Below the pieces are notes generated by a model. The model was not told the DNA's origin. It did not search any database and was given only the letters and a program-made list of their open reading frames with translations. From the NCBI GenBank assembly GCA_910584205.1, contig CAJUAA010000013.1, positions 7,197 to 71,196 of the forward strand: a stretch of 64,000 bases of DNA, in the 5' to 3' direction. Shown here piece by piece: positions 49,668-59,279 of this stretch (positions are counted from its first letter, which is position 1; each line of letters opens with the position of its first letter). The position numbers were made by a program, and so were the translations under genes. Source of the DNA: an uncultured Lachnospiraceae bacterium (lineage in GTDB: Bacteria; Bacillota; Clostridia; Lachnospirales; Lachnospiraceae).

Positions 49668-50249
49668 ATGCGAACTCATTATCCTGTCCATCTCCTGTTA
49701 TGCATCCTGCTTGTCAGCCTGGCCGTCGGATGCGGCAGAAAAGATCCCGTAACGGAAGCCGAAGCGGCGGCCGGCTCCGAAGAGGCTTCGCCTGACGTGG
49801 ACGACTCTTCGTCCGGCCCTGTCACATTCGAAGCACAGACTCTGGACGGCAGCACCCTCTCTTCGGATCTGTTTTCCGACTCCCGAATCACCATGGTCAA
49901 TGTATGGGCCACCTACTGCAATCCCTGCTTAAGAGAAATGCCCGGACTTGGAGAACTTGCTTCCTCCTATGACTCCGGTGATTTCCAGCTGATCGGAATC
50001 ATCAGCGACGTCATGGAGGGCGCTGACGAAAAAACGCTTAAAAAGGCAGAGGACCTGGTGACGCAGACCGGCGCCGACTATCCCCATCTGCTCCTGAATG
50101 AATCGCTGTACACCGCTCTTCTGAAGGAAGTATCCGCCGTTCCCACCACCTTCTTCGTGGATCAGGACGGACAGATCCTGGACACGGTCATCGGAGCCAT
50201 GGAAAAATCCGGCTGGGAGGAAACGATCGATGCGCTTCTGGAAGAATAA
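49668..50249 (+). CDS. TlpA/ResA-family thiol-disulfide oxidoreductase lipoprotein
   Basis: Lipobox AVGC; VNVWATYCNPC..EMP and VPTTFFVD..G motifs. Confidence 0.9.
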   Translation: MRTHYPVHLLLCILLVSLAVGCGRKDPVTEAEAAAGSEEASPDVDDSSSGPVTFEAQTLDGSTLSSDLFSDSRITMVNVWATYCNPCLREMPGLGELASSYDSGDFQLIGIISDVMEGADEKTLKKAEDLVTQTGADYPHLLLNESLYTALLKEVSAVPTTFFVDQDGQILDTVIGAMEKSGWEETIDALLEE

Positions 50250-50382
50250 CTCCGCACCTCTGTGGATGTACGGCGTGCTTGCAGGCATCTTCTGTCTGGG
50301 CATCGGCCTGGCGCAGGGTGATTTTACCGTCTTCTGGCAGAAGGCAGTGATGATCTGCCTGGAATGCATCGGGATCGGATAA
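50230..50382 (+). CDS. small CXXC-motif membrane peptide (CD1871A-family-like)
   Basis: Manual translation MRFWKNNSAPLWMYGVLAGIFCLGIGLAQGDFTVFWQKAVMICLECIGIG*, lying between the TlpA and 4Fe-4S genes; too short for the ORF track. Confidence 0.85.
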   Translation: MRFWKNNSAPLWMYGVLAGIFCLGIGLAQGDFTVFWQKAVMICLECIGIG

Positions 50383-50453
50383 CGATTCACAAGTATCAGC
50401 ATCCAACGGCAGTATGAAAGTCCGCCGGAAACCATATGGAAAGCAGGTGAACC

Positions 50454-51281
50454 ATGAAGAATCTGCGGCTTACCGTCCAAATCATCTATACCATCCTCAC
50501 CAACGGATACCTGTACGGCTTCCTGTCCGGGAAGATCTACCAGGGAAGGCTCAAATATGCCTGCGTGCCGGGGCTGAACTGTTATTCCTGCCCCGGAGCC
50601 CTGGCGTCCTGTCCCATAGGCACCCTGCAGGCCCTGTTAAACCAGAACGGATTGCATATCCCGTTCGGCGTCCTGGGCTTTTTCTTTCTGTTCGGCAGCC
50701 TTCTGGGGCGGACGGTATGCGGATGGCTCTGCCCCTTCGGACTGGCGCAGGACCTGCTTCACCGGATTCCCCTTTTCCGCAAAAAGAAAAGACTGCCTTT
50801 CCATGAAATTTTAAAATATGGAAAGTATACAGTTCTCGTGCTTCTCGTATGCGCCGGTTCCATGTTCCTGTTCGGCGGCTTTGCCAAAGTTCCGGCGTTC
50901 TGCAAATATTTGTGTCCCTCCGGCACCCTTTTGGGCGCACTGCCCCTGCTCTCGGCCAATGGGCTGCTTCGAAGCCAGATCGGAGGACTTTTCTTCTGGA
51001 AGCTCGGAATCCTGCTTTTGATCCTGCTGCTTTCCATAAAGGTCTACCGCCCCTTCTGCCAGTACCTCTGCCCTCTGGGCGCCGTCTACGGCTGGTTCAA
51101 CCGTTTCAGCCTGGTGCAGATCCACTGGGAAGAGGAAGCGTGCATCTCCTGCAGCGCCTGCCAGAAAGCCTGTCCTGTGGGCCTGTCCGTCCACGAAATC
51201 TCCCATTCCCCGGAATGCATCCGATGCGGCAACTGCGTGGCCGCGTGCCCCGTAAAATGCCTGCATCTGCGGAAACTGTAA
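50454..51281 (+). CDS. 4Fe-4S binding membrane protein (NapH/MauN-like)
   Basis: CVPGLNCYSCP, CGWLCPFG, CKYLCP and two CxxCxxCxxxCP motifs. Confidence 0.9.
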   Translation: MKNLRLTVQIIYTILTNGYLYGFLSGKIYQGRLKYACVPGLNCYSCPGALASCPIGTLQALLNQNGLHIPFGVLGFFFLFGSLLGRTVCGWLCPFGLAQDLLHRIPLFRKKKRLPFHEILKYGKYTVLVLLVCAGSMFLFGGFAKVPAFCKYLCPSGTLLGALPLLSANGLLRSQIGGLFFWKLGILLLILLLSIKVYRPFCQYLCPLGAVYGWFNRFSLVQIHWEEEACISCSACQKACPVGLSVHEISHSPECIRCGNCVAACPVKCLHLRKL

Positions 51282-51363
51282 GTCCGCCGAACTCTGCCCT
51301 CACTATTCACTTTTTCTTCTTTACAATTTTATTCCTATATAGTATAATCTTATACAGGAGGAA

Positions 51364-52251
51364 ATGACCATGAATTTAAAAGCAGGCCATACGATCTCAC
51401 AGATCCGTCAAGTCAGCAACCGGATTTTCGAGCGGATTCTTTCCGAACGGAAGATCGACGCGTTCAACGGGGCGCAGGGACGGATCCTCTATGTGCTGTG
51501 GCAGGAAGAGCATATTTCCCTTCGGGAGATTGCCGATCGGACCGGGCTCGCCGCCACCACGCTCACCAGTATGATCGACCGTATGGAAGCGGCCGGGCTG
51601 GTCCGGCGTCTTCCGGATCCGGACGACCGGCGGAAGACTCTGCTGGCGCTGACTGAAAAAGCGGGAGAGCTTCAGCCGGACTACATGGCGGTATCCACTC
51701 AGATGAACGATATCTTTTATCAGGGATTTTCAGAAGAAGAGATCCGCCTGTGCGAATCCATGCTTGAAAGGATCTACGGGAATCTGAAGCGGCATGATCA
51801 GATATCCCAGAACACGAAAAGCAGCCAGAGCCCGAAAAGCGTGCAGAACCACACACGTGAAAGGCTGAGGCAGAACCCAGATCGGAGGTTAATGATGAAC
51901 CAGAATGTAAGAGACTATGTAACCGAAAAAGTAAACGAACTGTTAAATGCTCCTTCCTGCTGCGCGGAAGCAAAAGCTGCTGCACAGAACTGGCTGGATG
52001 CGGTTGGCACGGATCGGGAGGCGGATGCATCCCGCGGCCTGATCACAGAACTGGAGATGGATATCATGCCCGTCGACGGCCTGATTGCCTTTGCCGAATC
52101 AGAAGCCGGCGCACAGATATTCGGTGCAGAAATGGCTAAAAATGCAGCTGCCCATGGACGTGAGCTGAAAGCTGCAGGCGCAAAGTACTGTGACTGCCCG
52201 GCCTGCGCGGCTTCCGAAGCGATCCTGAAGAAAAAGGACGAGCTTCTCTAA
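51364..52251 (+). CDS. MarR-family regulator in frame with a Cys-rich small protein (internal start at 51892)
   Basis: MarR wHTH (QGRILYVLW...DRME..GLV.R..D..DRR), a low-complexity linker, then GGAGG-ATG and APSCCAEAK...YCDCPAC. Confidence 0.8.
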   Translation: MTMNLKAGHTISQIRQVSNRIFERILSERKIDAFNGAQGRILYVLWQEEHISLREIADRTGLAATTLTSMIDRMEAAGLVRRLPDPDDRRKTLLALTEKAGELQPDYMAVSTQMNDIFYQGFSEEEIRLCESMLERIYGNLKRHDQISQNTKSSQSPKSVQNHTRERLRQNPDRRLMMNQNVRDYVTEKVNELLNAPSCCAEAKAAAQNWLDAVGTDREADASRGLITELEMDIMPVDGLIAFAESEAGAQIFGAEMAKNAAAHGRELKAAGAKYCDCPACAASEAILKKKDELL

Positions 52252-52323
52252 GACCATGCCCTTTCTGCTTTCTGACTGCCGTCCTGTTTCCAAACAGAAA
52301 GGCTGCGGCAGACTTCCTCAGCA

Positions 52324-52371
52324 TGCAGCTGCCGCCATGCCGCCCGGATGGGCAGCACGGCGGCAGCTGCA
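52324..52371. terminator. GC-rich hairpin between convergent genes
   Basis: TGCAGCTGCCGCC...GGCGGCAGCTGCA; no strong T-run. Confidence 0.5.
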
Positions 52372-52378
52372 GAATATC

Positions 52379-52696
52379 TCACGCGGTCACATCCACATAT
52401 GCCCCGGCGGACGGATCGGATGGGCCTGCGGCCGGAGCGCCTGGCTCCTCTGCCTTTTGGTCACTGTCCTCCTTCTCTTCTTTTTTCTTCAGCTGCTCGA
52501 TCTGACGTTTCACATTCTGGATCTGCTGTTCCAGCTTTCTTACCTTATCCTCGTCCTTGTTCTCCTCAGCCTTTTTCTTCTCCTGCGTCAGCTGCTGAAG
52601 CTTCTGCTCCAGCGCCTTCAGACGGGGATTGCTCCCGCCTCCGGGACCGGCCATATCCACAGCCGGAGCACCAAAACCAACTGAATTTACTCCCAT
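52379..52696 (-). CDS. FlxA-like coiled-coil protein
   Basis: LEQKLQQL...KLEQQIQ...QIEQL coiled coil; YVDVTA end; GGAGG RBS. Confidence 0.65.
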   Translation of the reverse strand: MGVNSVGFGAPAVDMAGPGGGSNPRLKALEQKLQQLTQEKKKAEENKDEDKVRKLEQQIQNVKRQIEQLKKKEEKEDSDQKAEEPGAPAAGPSDPSAGAYVDVTA

Positions 52697-52860
52697 ACTC
52701 TGTTTCCTCCTGTCTGAATGTTATTCGAAATTTTTCGTTCCTCCTTCTTTATCGCCGTTTTTCGTTCTCAGAACACAGGATTGATGTGAAACGTTCTTTT
52801 TCCGTTGCGGTTTTCCAGGGGAACTGACCCTGCCGGCATTCTTCCATACCGGCTGTCCGG

Positions 52861-54705
52861 TCACTCTTCTCTCCCTCCCAGCAGAGTCAGCGGTTCCTTT
52901 TTCAGATTTCTGTAAATCATAAAAAGCGACAGCAATACCGACGCTGCCAGCACCCCGATTCCGGAGGCCGCCGCAACCGCACCGTTTACCGAAGTATCCA
53001 GTACGATTTCCTCCGGCTCATTTCCTTCCACCGCCATAACACCGCTGCTGTACAGCGTACTGTAATGCCCTCCGGTCTCCATCCCGCGCACGGCCTCTTC
53101 GGTCAGCCGGAAACCTGCCGCGCTTCCCAGAACACATCCTGCCGCGCTGAGCAGCAGAAGCCCCGCCAGCAGGGATACCACGCACGTTTTCTTTCCCATT
53201 CCCATGGAACGTTCGATGGCCGTACGCCTGCACTGCTTTGTGATAAACAGATGGCAGAAGAAAACCAGCACCAGAAGTACGGTTACGATCCCCGCCGCCA
53301 GAAGGGTAACGGAGATCCGGCGAAGTCCGGTCAGGCTTTCCTGAAGTTCCGTATAACCTCTGTCATAAAAATGCAGTTCTACCCCTTCGATTCCCTGCTC
53401 TTCCCACAAATCCTGATACGCCCCGATGCTTCCGTTGGGAATACGAAAAGAGGTGTTGGCCGCTTTCATGGGGCCGTAGGCGGCGATATTGTCTTTCGGA
53501 TCTCCCGTCACCGCCCCCGCCGGAATCAGCACCTCATTACGGCCCAGGGCGTCGCTGTTTTCTCTGGAGCTTCCTGGAGACCAGTCGTAGATGCCGACCA
53601 CCTCATAGTCATCCTCCTCAAATGGCTCATAGGCTTTCCCCTTCGCATTCAGACGGCCGCAGCTCCCTTCATACAGGTAAGAAGCATCGGAAGAAGTAGT
53701 GCCCGAATAGCTGGCAAGCACCAGGGAGAGCGGCAGGCGGTCCCCCACCGCAAGACCATTATTTCTGGCAAAAAAACGGGAGATCAGACAGATCTTCCGG
53801 CCCGCTTCATAATCTGCTTCTTCAAAAACTCTCCCTTCTGTGAGATACGCGTCTCCCTTGTAAAACGGCAGCAGCAGGTTCAGGTCGCTGACCGGCGTAA
53901 CCGGGACGGAATGATAGGTCCAGTCCAGCGTATCGGCAAACTCCTGCCATCTCTTTCCCTGTTCAGTCTCGTAAAATCCTTCCGTCACTTCCTCATAATA
54001 CAGCTCCGGAAATTCCACCTCCAGCGGATTCCCCGTAAGATCCGTCTGATCCGAACTCAGCGTTCCCGCGGGAATCCACTCATATGGACTGTCCGTTCCC
54101 ATCCGCCATCCATGAGGAAGGCCGTCACAGAGATACATGATATAGGTTTTCCCTGCTTCCAGCCGTTCCGGCTCCGGATTCCCGTGGTCGCAGAAATAAA
54201 AGTCCAGCTGATGGTCCAGAGGATAATAGCTGTACAGCACTTTATTCTGGCGCATTCTGAGAGGCCCCGCAGGGATCCCGTCCTCGTACGGCTCACATTC
54301 CAGAATCACATTGGAACCAAACCCTGTCCATTCATTGGAGAGGCGGTAGGATGGATGACAGGATATATAATACGGCCTCCGTTCCGGCCCTGACAAATAG
54401 TCTGCCTGAGGAAGCGTAATATCCGACAGAGAAACCAGGTCTCCGTACGTCCTGACCGTCCGAAACCGATAGTCCTCAATCTCCGCGTCCCAGACCTTCT
54501 CCCTTGTCACGGACGCCGGAACCTGTTCCACTGTTCCGATCGTTACAAAAAGCTCCTCCATCCGTGCCATATTTTCCATCGTCAGCCCGTACATGCTGCT
54601 TCCCAGCGACAAAAGCAATACCGCAAAGGCTAAAAACAGCACGAAGAGCACGCAGACGCGCCTCATCCTTCCCAGCTGCTTCAGACTGTATCGAATCATC
54701 ACCAT
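52861..54705 (-). CDS. FtsX-like ABC transporter permease
   Basis: N-terminal TM, large extracellular loop (GRVFEEADY..G..ICLIS), C-terminal TMs with AIERSMGM. Confidence 0.8.
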   Translation of the reverse strand: MVMIRYSLKQLGRMRRVCVLFVLFLAFAVLLLSLGSSMYGLTMENMARMEELFVTIGTVEQVPASVTREKVWDAEIEDYRFRTVRTYGDLVSLSDITLPQADYLSGPERRPYYISCHPSYRLSNEWTGFGSNVILECEPYEDGIPAGPLRMRQNKVLYSYYPLDHQLDFYFCDHGNPEPERLEAGKTYIMYLCDGLPHGWRMGTDSPYEWIPAGTLSSDQTDLTGNPLEVEFPELYYEEVTEGFYETEQGKRWQEFADTLDWTYHSVPVTPVSDLNLLLPFYKGDAYLTEGRVFEEADYEAGRKICLISRFFARNNGLAVGDRLPLSLVLASYSGTTSSDASYLYEGSCGRLNAKGKAYEPFEEDDYEVVGIYDWSPGSSRENSDALGRNEVLIPAGAVTGDPKDNIAAYGPMKAANTSFRIPNGSIGAYQDLWEEQGIEGVELHFYDRGYTELQESLTGLRRISVTLLAAGIVTVLLVLVFFCHLFITKQCRRTAIERSMGMGKKTCVVSLLAGLLLLSAAGCVLGSAAGFRLTEEAVRGMETGGHYSTLYSSGVMAVEGNEPEEIVLDTSVNGAVAAASGIGVLAASVLLSLFMIYRNLKKEPLTLLGGREE

Positions 54706-54714
54706 ACGCCCACC

Positions 54715-55932
54715 TCAATCCTTCTGTGTGAGAATCTGCATCACGCTGCCCCGTCCCATGGAGATCAGCGCCGCCAGGGTTCCGGGAAGCGAGCATCCCA
54801 GGAAAATCACGGCCGCCGTCAGAAGCCGACGCCATCCGCCTGACATACAAAACTGTGCGCACAGGCATCCGCATACACAGCCGCACACAGCCAGCAGCAC
54901 ATATTCCAGGAAAAACATCAGGCTGCTTTTCGTCCTTCCCAGGCCTGCGGAGCGCAGAAGCGCATACTCCTGTCTTCGGTTCTGAACGAACAGATGCGCC
55001 GTCAGATACCCCACTCCCGCTGTAATGGCGGCGATCAGAGGGAAAAAACCCTGCAGCAGCGTCAGATTCTCCTCGATCCGTTCTGCCGCTTTGATAAACG
55101 TCTCATCCTGCACCACCAGCGCGTTTCCCTCATAATGAAGCTCCGACCCCGCGGACACCGGGAGCAGCCCGAAGCTGTGCATCTCCTCCTTGAACGCGTT
55201 TAATTCCAGCGGATTTTTCACCATAAATGAAAAAGAATCCGCCAGAAAAGGAATACCCGCCCGTATGTAACTGTTTTCCACCGCTTTGATGGGCAGGATC
55301 AGTTCCGGGTATACGTCCTCGGTCCTGCCCGGCGCATCCACTGTCCCGGCAATCTCGTACTCACACTGCGACAGCGGTTCACAGAAGATCTGATGATAGT
55401 CTCCATAGCGATAATAATAGACCGTTATGGGAATCGTATCCCCCGTCACATAACCATTTTCCTCCATTACCGAACGGTCCAGCAGGCATTTCTGCCCGTC
55501 TTCCGCCAGAAAATCCAATGTGCTCCCTTCTTGCAGCGTGATATTTTCCTGCCTCAGCCCCGCTCCGGCAAGACTGTTCACTCCTCTGGCCTGCAGCGTC
55601 AGGTTCGCCTGCCATTCTTCCTGTGAAAAGAAACCGAATCCCGCCAGAAGCTGTACGGTTACCGACGGCTCCGACACATGGCCGGATGTCAGAAGATTCG
55701 ACACCAGTTCCGCTTCGATCTTCAGTCCCTGATCCATGCTGCCGTCCAGATTGCTGATTTTTGCAGACACTTCCATGGCTTCCGGAAGCTTTTGAAGGGT
55801 CTTCCGAAGGTCTTCTATATTTCCCATATACAGGTTCAAAAGCAGTGTGGCAAAGGCGCAGATCAGCATGCACAAAAAACTCCGGCATCCGCAGCGTCTC
55901 ACATTTCGTATGGCCATGCGGAGAACATACAT
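54715..55932 (-). CDS. FtsX-like ABC transporter permease
   Basis: AIRNVRR, RRQEYALLRSAG and FFLE motifs; C-terminal TMs. Confidence 0.82.
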   Translation of the reverse strand: MYVLRMAIRNVRRCGCRSFLCMLICAFATLLLNLYMGNIEDLRKTLQKLPEAMEVSAKISNLDGSMDQGLKIEAELVSNLLTSGHVSEPSVTVQLLAGFGFFSQEEWQANLTLQARGVNSLAGAGLRQENITLQEGSTLDFLAEDGQKCLLDRSVMEENGYVTGDTIPITVYYYRYGDYHQIFCEPLSQCEYEIAGTVDAPGRTEDVYPELILPIKAVENSYIRAGIPFLADSFSFMVKNPLELNAFKEEMHSFGLLPVSAGSELHYEGNALVVQDETFIKAAERIEENLTLLQGFFPLIAAITAGVGYLTAHLFVQNRRQEYALLRSAGLGRTKSSLMFFLEYVLLAVCGCVCGCLCAQFCMSGGWRRLLTAAVIFLGCSLPGTLAALISMGRGSVMQILTQKD

Positions 55933-55933
55933 C

Positions 55934-56506
55934 TTATCGTTCCTCCCCTTTTATGATCTGCACATAACAATTGTCGTATTCCCGTGTCAGCTCCAGGGTA
56001 AAGCGGTCCACCTCATTGCGGTCTTCGTCCAGGATCTTGATATACATGGACGTACCCATCACATCCGGCAGGCCGGTATCTTCTTCAAAAGGATGCCAGA
56101 TAATGGTCTTTCCCTCAAAGTAAATCGTATCCAGCCCCAGTGTAACCACCTGTTTTTCATAATAATAGTGCTCCGGCAGATCCAGTTCCATCCGGTAGCC
56201 GTAAGCTTCCGGCTCCTTCTCAAGAAGCACCCGTGCGCCCGGCCTGAGCAGCGTCCATTGGGCCTCGTCCGCTTCCCCTGCATAAGCCGTGATCTTCCAT
56301 TCCGGCGTCTGATCGGAGCCTTTCGGAAGGAAGGAAAGCCCCGGCGCCAGAAGAAGCGCCATACATACCGCCAGTATGACTCTTCGGACTGTTTTTCTTC
56401 TCTGATCCCGTTCTCTCTTTTTCTTCCCCAGGTCAAGAATTCTTCTCCCGGCTTCCTCTGTCAAAGTGATCCGTTCCACCGTCTCCCTCAGACGCTTATC
56501 TGTCAT
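55934..56506 (-). CDS. single-TM protein, putative anti-sigma factor
   Basis: Overlaps the ECF sigma stop; basic N-terminus followed by one TM. Confidence 0.65.
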   Translation of the reverse strand: MTDKRLRETVERITLTEEAGRRILDLGKKKRERDQRRKTVRRVILAVCMALLLAPGLSFLPKGSDQTPEWKITAYAGEADEAQWTLLRPGARVLLEKEPEAYGYRMELDLPEHYYYEKQVVTLGLDTIYFEGKTIIWHPFEEDTGLPDVMGTSMYIKILDEDRNEVDRFTLELTREYDNCYVQIIKGEER

Positions 56507-56999
56507 GCTCTGCCGCTCCTTCCTGCTCCATGATCTCCCGAAACCTTTTCCTTCCCCGCTCCAGCCGTTTTTTTGCCGCTGCCTCCGTTATCCGCAGAAA
56601 CTGCGCCGTTTCCCGGACGCTGTATCCCATAATATAATGCAGAAGCAGCGCTGCCCGATAGGTCCAGGGCAGCTTCATCAGGCATTCCATCAGACAGCTG
56701 TCCTTCTGGTCCTGTCCGTATTCCGCCAGTTCGGAATACTCCACCTGCGGGTGCCTTCTGGCGAACAGCAGGCGGTTTTTACACAGGTTGACCGTCACCC
56801 GGACCAGCCAGGCCTTTTCATGGTTTTTATCCCGAAAGGGTTTGCCATGTTCCATATACCGGATCAGCGTATCCTGCACCACATCCTCCGCATCGTGGCT
56901 GCTGCCCAGCATAACCACGGCAATCCGGTAAAGCATGTTGCCGTACCGGAAAAAGATATCTTCTGCTTCCCGGCAGGCTTGATCATAAGGCTTCATCAT
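56496..56999 (-). CDS. ECF RNA polymerase sigma factor
   Basis: LYRIA...DAEDVVQD...KAWLVRVTVNLC; LHY..GYSV.E.A..L...KRL.RGR. Confidence 0.92.
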   Translation of the reverse strand: MMKPYDQACREAEDIFFRYGNMLYRIAVVMLGSSHDAEDVVQDTLIRYMEHGKPFRDKNHEKAWLVRVTVNLCKNRLLFARRHPQVEYSELAEYGQDQKDSCLMECLMKLPWTYRAALLLHYIMGYSVRETAQFLRITEAAAKKRLERGRKRFREIMEQEGAAEHDR

Positions 57000-57071
57000 T
57001 GATTCACTCCCTGTATATATAACAATTCAGGACCGTAAAAGGTGACAGGAAGGAATAAAAAACCGCATTTT

Positions 57072-58427
57072 TTAAAATAAATTTCCGAAAAGCAGCTGCA
57101 GCCGATACGTTCCGTCAAATGCCGTATTTTCCACGGTTCCATGATTTTTCTCCGCCACCGCCCTGATATTGGACAGTCCGATCCCGTCCTCCGGCGCCTT
57201 CTCAAGCTCCCTGCTGCAGCTGTTTTCCACTGTCAGCAGGTAAAAATTCCCCTTTTTCCGGCTGGACATGTGGATATACCGCTCTTCCTCCGGCACTTCC
57301 TGACAGGCTTTGATGGCATTGTCCAGCGCATTGGACAAAAGAATGCACCAGTCCATATCCTCGATCCGGCTGTGATCCGGGATGTTCAGCTCCTGACAGA
57401 CCCGGATCTCCTTTTGTTCCGCTGCAGAAAATTTACTTCCCAGCAGGGCGTCCACCGCGCTGTTGCCGGTTTGAACCGTACAGGACAGCCCGGCCGCCGC
57501 CTGTTCCAGCCTGGACAGATACGCGCAGGCCCGGTCGGTCTCTCCTGCTTTCAGAAGCTCCGTCAGCACAGTCAGATGGTTACTGATATCATGGCGGAAA
57601 GACCGAGTCTGACGGTCGCGCAGGATCGCCTCCTGGATATAGATCTCCTGCTCCGCCTTCTGCTGCTCCAGAAGCCGGACCTTCTGCTCCGCCTGCAGAA
57701 TATGCAGGATCTTCTGATATGCTGACAATGTCATCAGCAGACAGCCGCAGGCAAACAGCTGTAAAAGCAGCAGTTCCGTATGATTGATGTGCAGTACGGC
57801 CAGCGGCCCGCCCGTTCCCAGATCCACCTGGACATCATCCCCATAGACCGAAGTCTGGATAATCCTTACCACCAGCGATATGAAAAAGACGGGGATCGTC
57901 AGATGCATCAGCGTCTGACGGCTGGTTTTCGCGATGCTCTGACGAAAATGATTCAGCACAAAGACGGACAACCCGCAGATCAGCAGCAGGCGAAAGCTCT
58001 CCCGGATCGTATCCGAGGGATAGACCCAGGATTGATGCTCCAGAATAAACGGCAGGATCACCCGATATCCGATCCAGCTGTCAATCCCGCTGCTTACGGT
58101 CAACACTGACAGAATCAGCACCGACATGGTCAGAGCTTCCACCCGTTTCCGTTTCAGCAGAATACACCCGCACAGCGTGAGCAGCAGAATCTCCGCCAGA
58201 AGCCTCGAACTTCCCGGCAGGCGGCACCGAACCTCCCACACACAGACAAAGGCGTAAAACAACATATAACAGACTCCCGGCAGCCATCGGAACGAAATCT
58301 GGCAGTATCTGCAGAAAAAGTAGAAGGTGATCAGAGGAAGCAGGATATATGCCAGCAGACCGGGAACGATCATATACCACTGAAAACGCATCGGAAGGTC
58401 CGGAAGGAACCAGTTCAGCCATTCCAT
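57072..58427 (-). CDS. GHKL-domain sensor histidine kinase (AgrC/VirS-like)
   Basis: Multi-TM N-terminus; FRHDISNH, TGN...D, NALDNAI.A and GIGLSNI motifs. Confidence 0.92.
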   Translation of the reverse strand: MEWLNWFLPDLPMRFQWYMIVPGLLAYILLPLITFYFFCRYCQISFRWLPGVCYMLFYAFVCVWEVRCRLPGSSRLLAEILLLTLCGCILLKRKRVEALTMSVLILSVLTVSSGIDSWIGYRVILPFILEHQSWVYPSDTIRESFRLLLICGLSVFVLNHFRQSIAKTSRQTLMHLTIPVFFISLVVRIIQTSVYGDDVQVDLGTGGPLAVLHINHTELLLLQLFACGCLLMTLSAYQKILHILQAEQKVRLLEQQKAEQEIYIQEAILRDRQTRSFRHDISNHLTVLTELLKAGETDRACAYLSRLEQAAAGLSCTVQTGNSAVDALLGSKFSAAEQKEIRVCQELNIPDHSRIEDMDWCILLSNALDNAIKACQEVPEEERYIHMSSRKKGNFYLLTVENSCSRELEKAPEDGIGLSNIRAVAEKNHGTVENTAFDGTYRLQLLFGNLF

Positions 58428-58433
58428 TCTCTT

Positions 58434-59135
58434 TCACTCCTTTCCCATATATTCCATCACTTTTTTCATAAACAAAGCGTGGCAGTTTTTGGAAACCGGC
58501 ACCCGTTCCCCGTTTTCCAGTACCGCCTGGCCGTCCCTGTATTCGGACAGATGATCCGGATTGACCAGAAAGCTCCGATGGCACCTGATGAACTCCGGCG
58601 CCGTCTGCTGTTCCACTTCCCGAATTCTTCCGTAATATTCCAGCACGCCGTCCTTCAGATGCACGTAGATCTTCCGGTTGACCACCTCACAGTAATAGAT
58701 GTCCTTAAGCTTCACGTTTCTGCACCAGTTCATGGTATGAATCGTCAAATACCGCTCATCCTTCCGCCTCAGGCGTTTCAGGCTTCGCTTCAGCGCACGT
58801 TCCAGACGCTGTCCGTCCACAGGCTTGCACAGATAATCCATCGCCTCCACTTCAAAAGCGTCCAGCATACATTCCTTCAGCACCGTCACAAAGATCAACA
58901 CCCCCTCAAACCCCTTTTCACGGAGCTGCTTCGCCAGTTCGACGCCGTTCAGGTTCGGCATCTGGATATCCAGAAAGATCAGATCGTAGTCAAGCGGACC
59001 GTAGAAAAACTGTACGGCGTTTGTACAGCACGTAATCCGGAACGCTTCGTCCCACTGCTTCAGCCTGGAAGCGATCATCTGCTCCAGGCACTCACACATG
59101 ACCGGTTCGTCGTCACAGACCGCAATTTTTATCAT
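58434..59135 (-). CDS. LytTR-family response regulator
   Basis: IAVCDD, FLDIQMP and YLCKP receiver motifs; FIRCHRSFLVN and PVSK LytTR motifs. Confidence 0.94.
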   Translation of the reverse strand: MIKIAVCDDEPVMCECLEQMIASRLKQWDEAFRITCCTNAVQFFYGPLDYDLIFLDIQMPNLNGVELAKQLREKGFEGVLIFVTVLKECMLDAFEVEAMDYLCKPVDGQRLERALKRSLKRLRRKDERYLTIHTMNWCRNVKLKDIYYCEVVNRKIYVHLKDGVLEYYGRIREVEQQTAPEFIRCHRSFLVNPDHLSEYRDGQAVLENGERVPVSKNCHALFMKKVMEYMGKE

Positions 59136-59147
59136 TCAAAACGCCTC

Positions 59148-59254
59148 CTTCCGCTTCCGCTCCAGTTGGTGACATTATATCACAGGGAAGCTCGCTGATG
59201 CTCGCGCAGATCATCAACTTCCGCTTCGCTCCAGTTGGTGACATTATATCACAG
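59148..59254. repeat. 37/38-bp direct repeat containing an extended -10
   Basis: CTTCCGCTTC(C)GCTCCAGTTGGTGACATTATATCACAG at 59148-59185 and 59218-59254; minus strand reads TGATATAAT. Confidence 0.85.
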
Positions 59255-59279
59255 ATCTTCTTTTTCAAAAGCTGTACGC

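Noticed and set aside
59148..59254. Mini CRISPR array (37-bp repeats, 32-bp spacer)
   Set aside because: Only two imperfect copies, each containing a -10 box, with no cas genes and no CRISPR-like repeat end.
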